From contig NC_083224.1 of the NCBI RefSeq assembly GCF_032191835.1, forward strand, positions 97,836,001 to 97,900,000: a stretch of DNA of 64,000 nt, in the 5' to 3' direction. This document shows positions 59,702 through 64,000 of the stretch, piece by piece. Numbering within the stretch: position 1 is the stretch's first letter; each line of letters starts with the position of its first letter. Below the pieces are notes generated by a model that saw only the letters and a list, made by a program, of their open reading frames with translations, searched no databases and was not told the origin of the DNA. The position numbers were made by a program, and so were the translations under genes. This stretch comes from Heteronotia binoei. Its lineage: Eukaryota.

Positions 59702-59741
59702 CAGCATAAGCTCGTCTGTCAACATCAGCTTCAGTTGCAGC
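59702..59741 (-). CDS. MUTYH: MUTYH exon (40 bp)
   Basis: AATEADVDRRAYA; acag|gct ... ctg|gtgag. Confidence 0.93.
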
Positions 59742-59856
59742 CTGTAATAGCATAAAAAAGGCAATTCATGAAAAAGGACACAACACAGCTACTGCTCACA
59801 CCTTTCAAAAAGGCTATTTTCTGAACTGCTTGGAATCTGCATATAGCAGGCCATAC

Positions 59857-59978
59857 CAATTTTCTCCAAGGAAGGTCCCGTTTGCAGTTACTGTACCAGG
59901 CAAGCAGCCTTTTCCGAAACAGTTCAATTTCAACTGCACTGCTGAATGTATGGAATGAAGACTGCTGGCTGGGCACTC
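59857..59978 (-). CDS. MUTYH: MUTYH exon
   Basis: GVPSQQSSFHTF...LLAWYSNCKRDLPWRKL. Confidence 0.93.
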
Positions 59979-61068
59979 CTGCAACAGTAACAGAATAATT
60001 ACATTTTTCTAGGAACCATTTGTATAAGTAACTAAAAGATAGAAATAAATTTTGTCTGAGCAGGAAGTTCTGCAGATGCCATCCTGTAAATGGACAAGAT
60101 GACAACTGCCTGTACATGTGTATTCTCTGTAGTGGCCTCAGCTTTAAGGAATGGACTGCCTGAGAATGTTTTCCCTCATTCTTTTATTAATTAATTAAAA
60201 TTTAAATTATTTTACAAATAATTTCAAACATTTAACAACAGCAATACAAATTAAACAAGTATAACTAGAAATATCTGAATGCTGGCATGTAGTATTACAA
60301 CACAAAGCATATCAGGAAAAATGCTGTCCTTAATGATAGTCATCTTCACTTCAATATACTACATTAATAGTATCTACTGAAGCACATTCTTTTTTTGTGG
60401 GCAAATAATCTAGGAAAGGAAATCATGCTGGAACAAAGCTATATACAAATCTGTGTCTCCTTTAATAAAATGCAATCAGTAAGTTTGTTCCTTATACAAA
60501 ACTCACACACCTTTCCATCTACTCAGAAAACTGCATGTTGCTTTTCCAGGATTTGGCCAGTGTAACTCTAAAGTTTGAAAAAAAAACCCAGCCAGACGAC
60601 CCTTTGTTTGTGCTTCCAATAGTATTTGTAAGAATCCACCATACATAAAGTTGAAGGATAACATTGCAAGCAATAGTCCCAGCAATGAGCAGTCAAGGAT
60701 AAATGAAATTGGTTACATGTAATAATCTAACACCTATCCAGGAAAGAGCCCCTGTCATATATACAATTAACATCAACCTCTGATTCTCCATTTGAATATG
60801 CAAGCAAACCAGAAGTTAAAGTGAGCTCAGAAACTGGTATACTAAGATTATTTATCATATTTATATCCCGCCCTTCCCTGACAGGCTCAGGGTGCATAAC
60901 AACAGTTTAAAAGCATTAACAATTTACAAACATATTAAAATTAAATATATAAAAAACTCATAATGAAAACAGAGCCTCAAAGATTCCTCTTTTCCTGTCC
61001 TTTATGCAAGATGTCCTTTACGCAAGATGGTTGTGGTACCAGACAAGATATTTTTGTAGCCTAAGCAC

Positions 61069-61177
61069 CTTTGTAGAGCATGATACTTTCTTCGAACTTC
61101 CACGGTGATTTCTGTGATTTGCCAATGCCATGCTGAATTCCTTGCTTGCTGCATGTTGCCAACCGACTTTTACTCAT
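61069..61177 (-). CDS. MUTYH: MUTYH first coding exon
   Basis: Acceptor ttcctag|61184, ATG at 61177, MSKSRLATCSKQG...LYK, donor aaag|gtgctt (phase 1). Poorly conserved sequence, supported by phase. Confidence 0.7.
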
Positions 61178-61689
61178 CGCTACGCTAGGAAAAGCAGAAA
61201 GCATGATAGTGTGAGAGCAGATCTTCACCCCCTTTCCTCTCTCCAAATACAAAACCAGCAACATACATAACTTTCTATGTATGCTACCTTATACTTTTCC
61301 AAAACAGACTGTAATATAGGAACTAGTAACACAACGACTCATGTCTACAAGGGACAAAGACAGAAGTGCAGTAGACAGTCCACCTTCATCGTTCTACACA
61401 AGCAGCAAAAATGAGGTAGCATCATCATGCAGGCAGGGATGCTATTTGGGGAGAGGATGACTCCAGCACATAAGCATCACAAAGATCCCATTCTAGTCTA
61501 ATAACACTAGCTTTCCGCCGCAGGAATATTTTTTTAAACAGAAGGAATAATTCAAAAAAACATTTTCCCCTTCATTTTGCTGCAAGCAAGTATACTTGCC
61601 AGCCTGCACAGTGGCAACAGAGCACAAGTGCCCTCAGAGCCAGCTTACTGGAGACAATGGACAAGTTGACAACTTTCGTAAACTCCTAC

Positions 61690-62634
61690 CTGCGTCTTTT
61701 TGTTACTTTCTTTCTGGGCCCGCCATATGTTTTCTCCGCGCCCTGACTAGCACAGAGCCAATCAGAGCAAGCCTCAACGACGGCTACAATTAAAGACGTA
61801 GGCAAGGGGTGAGACATACAGACCTCTAGCCAATCCGCACCATATGCGAGTATAGTCTTGAAACAGGCTATTTTTCTGCTTGCGAGAGGAAAAGTTCTTC
61901 CGGGCGGCTGCGTCCCGGTGAACGCCTGAGCAAATCAGTAGCGCGTACAAAGGAACGCCAGAACAAAGTTCTGAGTTCAGTGGCATCTGAAGACGGGAGC
62001 ATGCACACAAAAGCTTATACCCAGAATAAAATGTTGCTGGTCTTAAAGTCGCCACTGAGCTAAAACTTTGTTCAGCTGCTTCAGACCAACACGGGTATGT
62101 ACCTGAAAAGCACGCCAGTTTAAGATCATAAATTTCAATGGACGCAGACCGGAGTAACTTAATATAGTATTGCACTATTCCGTTGCGGTCCTATAAACCT
62201 CAGTTGTGAGTAAACATACATAAAATTGCTCTGTAAAGCTCCAATCCTTCGTGCTGGTAATTAGCGGCAAATTCCGCTGAGTTTGTTGGGACTTAATCCG
62301 AGTTAGCATGCTTTGATGAGGCTGTGTAGCGGCGGCAAGCCACAGGCACGGGCTGTCAAAATATCCCAGTTGCTTGTGTATGTCGGCAGAAAGCCGAACG
62401 TCTTTGAAAAATCAGCATTTCTTAAAACGAAACTGCAAAACAGCTCTTCCAGCCCACCTCTTTACAGGCACTCACAAGGGCAACTAATTCCACGCGCCTC
62501 TTTCAGAGAAAGACCCTCATACCGCGCGCCATGCGCCGGAAGTCAGTGAGGGGAGGTGGTGTGGTGAGGTTTTGATGGGTTCGTGGTGGACATCCTCTGG
62601 CGGCAGGAAAAAGCGTTTCTGCCGCTTTTGACAG
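61690..62634. promoter_or_regulatory. MUTYH/TOE1 bidirectional CpG-rich promoter and non-coding first exons
   Basis: MUTYH exon 1 donor acgcag|gtagga after 61690. CCAAT boxes near 61758 and 61830. ETS-type CCGGAAG near 61900 (minus) and 62536-62543. TOE1 exon 1 donor gacag|gtactt after 62634. Locally high CpG. Confidence 0.8.
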
Positions 62635-63013
62635 GTACTTTAACCGAATCTGGCGTACCGAGAATATGTGAATTTTCTTCAGCGGCCCAGTCAGAGAAAA
62701 TTGTGGCGTCTTGCAAGGTCCTGCCTGTGGTTGGGATTTGTAAGGAGCTGATCGCTTTAATACTGATTGCTTCTACTGTTGTTGTCTTTCTGTGGACTGT
62801 GACGGGGGGAAAGTTCCTGTTGACAGTCGCAGTTCTTTAGGCTTTTGGTTTTGTGATCTAGGAAATATCCGTTTTTAAAAAGTTGGGTTACGTAAGTGGC
62901 AGTCTCTGATTAGGAATGTTCGCTTTAGTCACTGCCTTCTCCAACGGTAATATTAGCCTATGAATTTTTAAATCATCCACTGTTTGCTGCTTGATCCCTT
63001 CAGCTGTTTGAAG

Positions 63014-63124
63014 ATGACTTCCATGAAGGTGCCAGTAATTGATGTTCAGAACGATAATTTCAAGGAGCTTTGGCCATCTATGCTCTTGGCAATCAAAACT
63101 TCTAGCTTCATTGCTCTTGATACG
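63014..63124 (+). CDS. TOE1: TOE1 (target of EGR1, DEDD deadenylase), first coding exon; gene continues beyond the window
   Basis: Acceptor cccttcag|63004. [37 protein letters not shown] then donor |gtgggt. Matches human [32 protein letters not shown]. Confidence 0.92.
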
Positions 63125-63759
63125 GTGGGTAGCTCTTCTAGAGTGAGTTACTAAAGGGTGTGTGTATGAGAGGGGTGAAGTTGTGTGTAATAAGGCTGTA
63201 ACTTAGAAATAATATTGGATGGTGGGAAGATAGCTTCTCTCACTTTGGAAAGTAGATGCTATTATCTCCAGTGGGTTCTTGGAGACAAAAGGATCCAGCC
63301 AACTTTTTCAGTGAGTCTCACACAGTTCCTACCTTACTAAAGCCCAGGAGTGGCTACATAGAGTAAATGTCAGATGTTTGAGAGCCACAAGACATGAACG
63401 TCAGATGACAGGAAGGAAGGAAGATAGATGGAGAGGTGGAAAGAAAGCAGTTTTAATTTTAAATGCATTCTCCAAGCTGCTGGCTGGCTTGGTTTGGAGA
63501 AGTGCTTTGCATCAATCATAAAAGCCACCCAAGCCAGCTGACAGGGCGGTGGGGGCTTAGAGAGCCACATAGTGGCTCTGGAGCTGCAGTTTGGCCAACC
63601 CTGCTATAGCTCTTGGTCCATGTTCCTTTTGTATATTTAGGTCCTGTGATCCCTAGCATAGCCTTTTTGGGGTGGTCTGCTGGGGTTTCACCAGCGGAAA
63701 AACTGGATGCAACCTAGAGTATTAAACTGTAATAAGGCATTTAGAGTGTTCTGCTAAGC

Positions 63760-64000
63760 CAGGGGTGTCAAACTCATTTGTAATGAAAACTGGATCTGAC
63801 ATAAATGAGACCTTGTTGAGCTGGGCCATATTGGGCCAGGCCATGTGTGTACCTGTTTAAGAATAGGTAGCAGAGATATAAACTTTTTAAGGAACACAGG
63901 CAAACATGCCTAATTTGTTTAAAAAAGAAACCCTTAAAATAAAACATGCTTAAAAACATTAGCACTTTTTGGTCTTAAAGGGGCTTTCTTTGTATTTCTC
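63760..64000. mobile_element. hAT-type MITE (CAGGGGTGTCAAAC), truncated by the window edge
   Basis: TIR at 63760; same family as 1-174. Confidence 0.75.

Larger units (their letters stand above)
47401..61177 (-). other. MUTYH: MUTYH gene span (15 coding exons, 1569 nt CDS, 522 aa adenine DNA glycosylase)
   Basis: All exons joined by GT-AG introns with consistent phases. Catalytic E (SEIMLQQT), D (VVDGNV), HhH (LPGVGKYTA), Fe-S cluster cysteines, zinc-linchpin cysteines and a C-terminal PIP-like box are all present. Confidence 0.96.

Overview
Eukaryotic (vertebrate) genomic DNA. The repeat content (tRNA-derived SINEs, CR1, L1, L2, hAT MITEs) points to a squamate, probably a gecko; this is an inference. 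Host genes reconstructed by hand from splice sites: SELENOP2/selenoprotein Pb (minus strand, 4 coding exons, in-frame UGA selenocysteine, SECIS in the 3' UTR), HPDL (plus, single coding exon), MUTYH (minus, 15 coding exons, 522 aa) and the first exons of TOE1 (plus), which shares a bidirectional promoter with MUTYH as at human 1p34. The SELENOP2 locus is the most unusual part. Its expected start codon is out of frame by 1 nt, and an upstream ORF-bearing exon can splice in frame. Intron 2 holds a structurally complete DIRS1 tyrosine-recombinase retrotransposon in sense orientation whose internal splice acceptor is in frame with the host exon. Intron 1 holds a sense L1 with an 18-bp TSD, and a MITE sits between the stop codon and the SECIS. 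Between SELENOP2 and HPDL lie a full-length 6.3-kb hAT transposon (TIRs, 8-bp TSD, dead transposase) and nested L2/CR1/MITE insertions. No prokaryotic systems, CRISPR arrays, rRNA or tRNA genes were seen. Several frameshifts fall in homopolymer runs, so some may be assembly errors.
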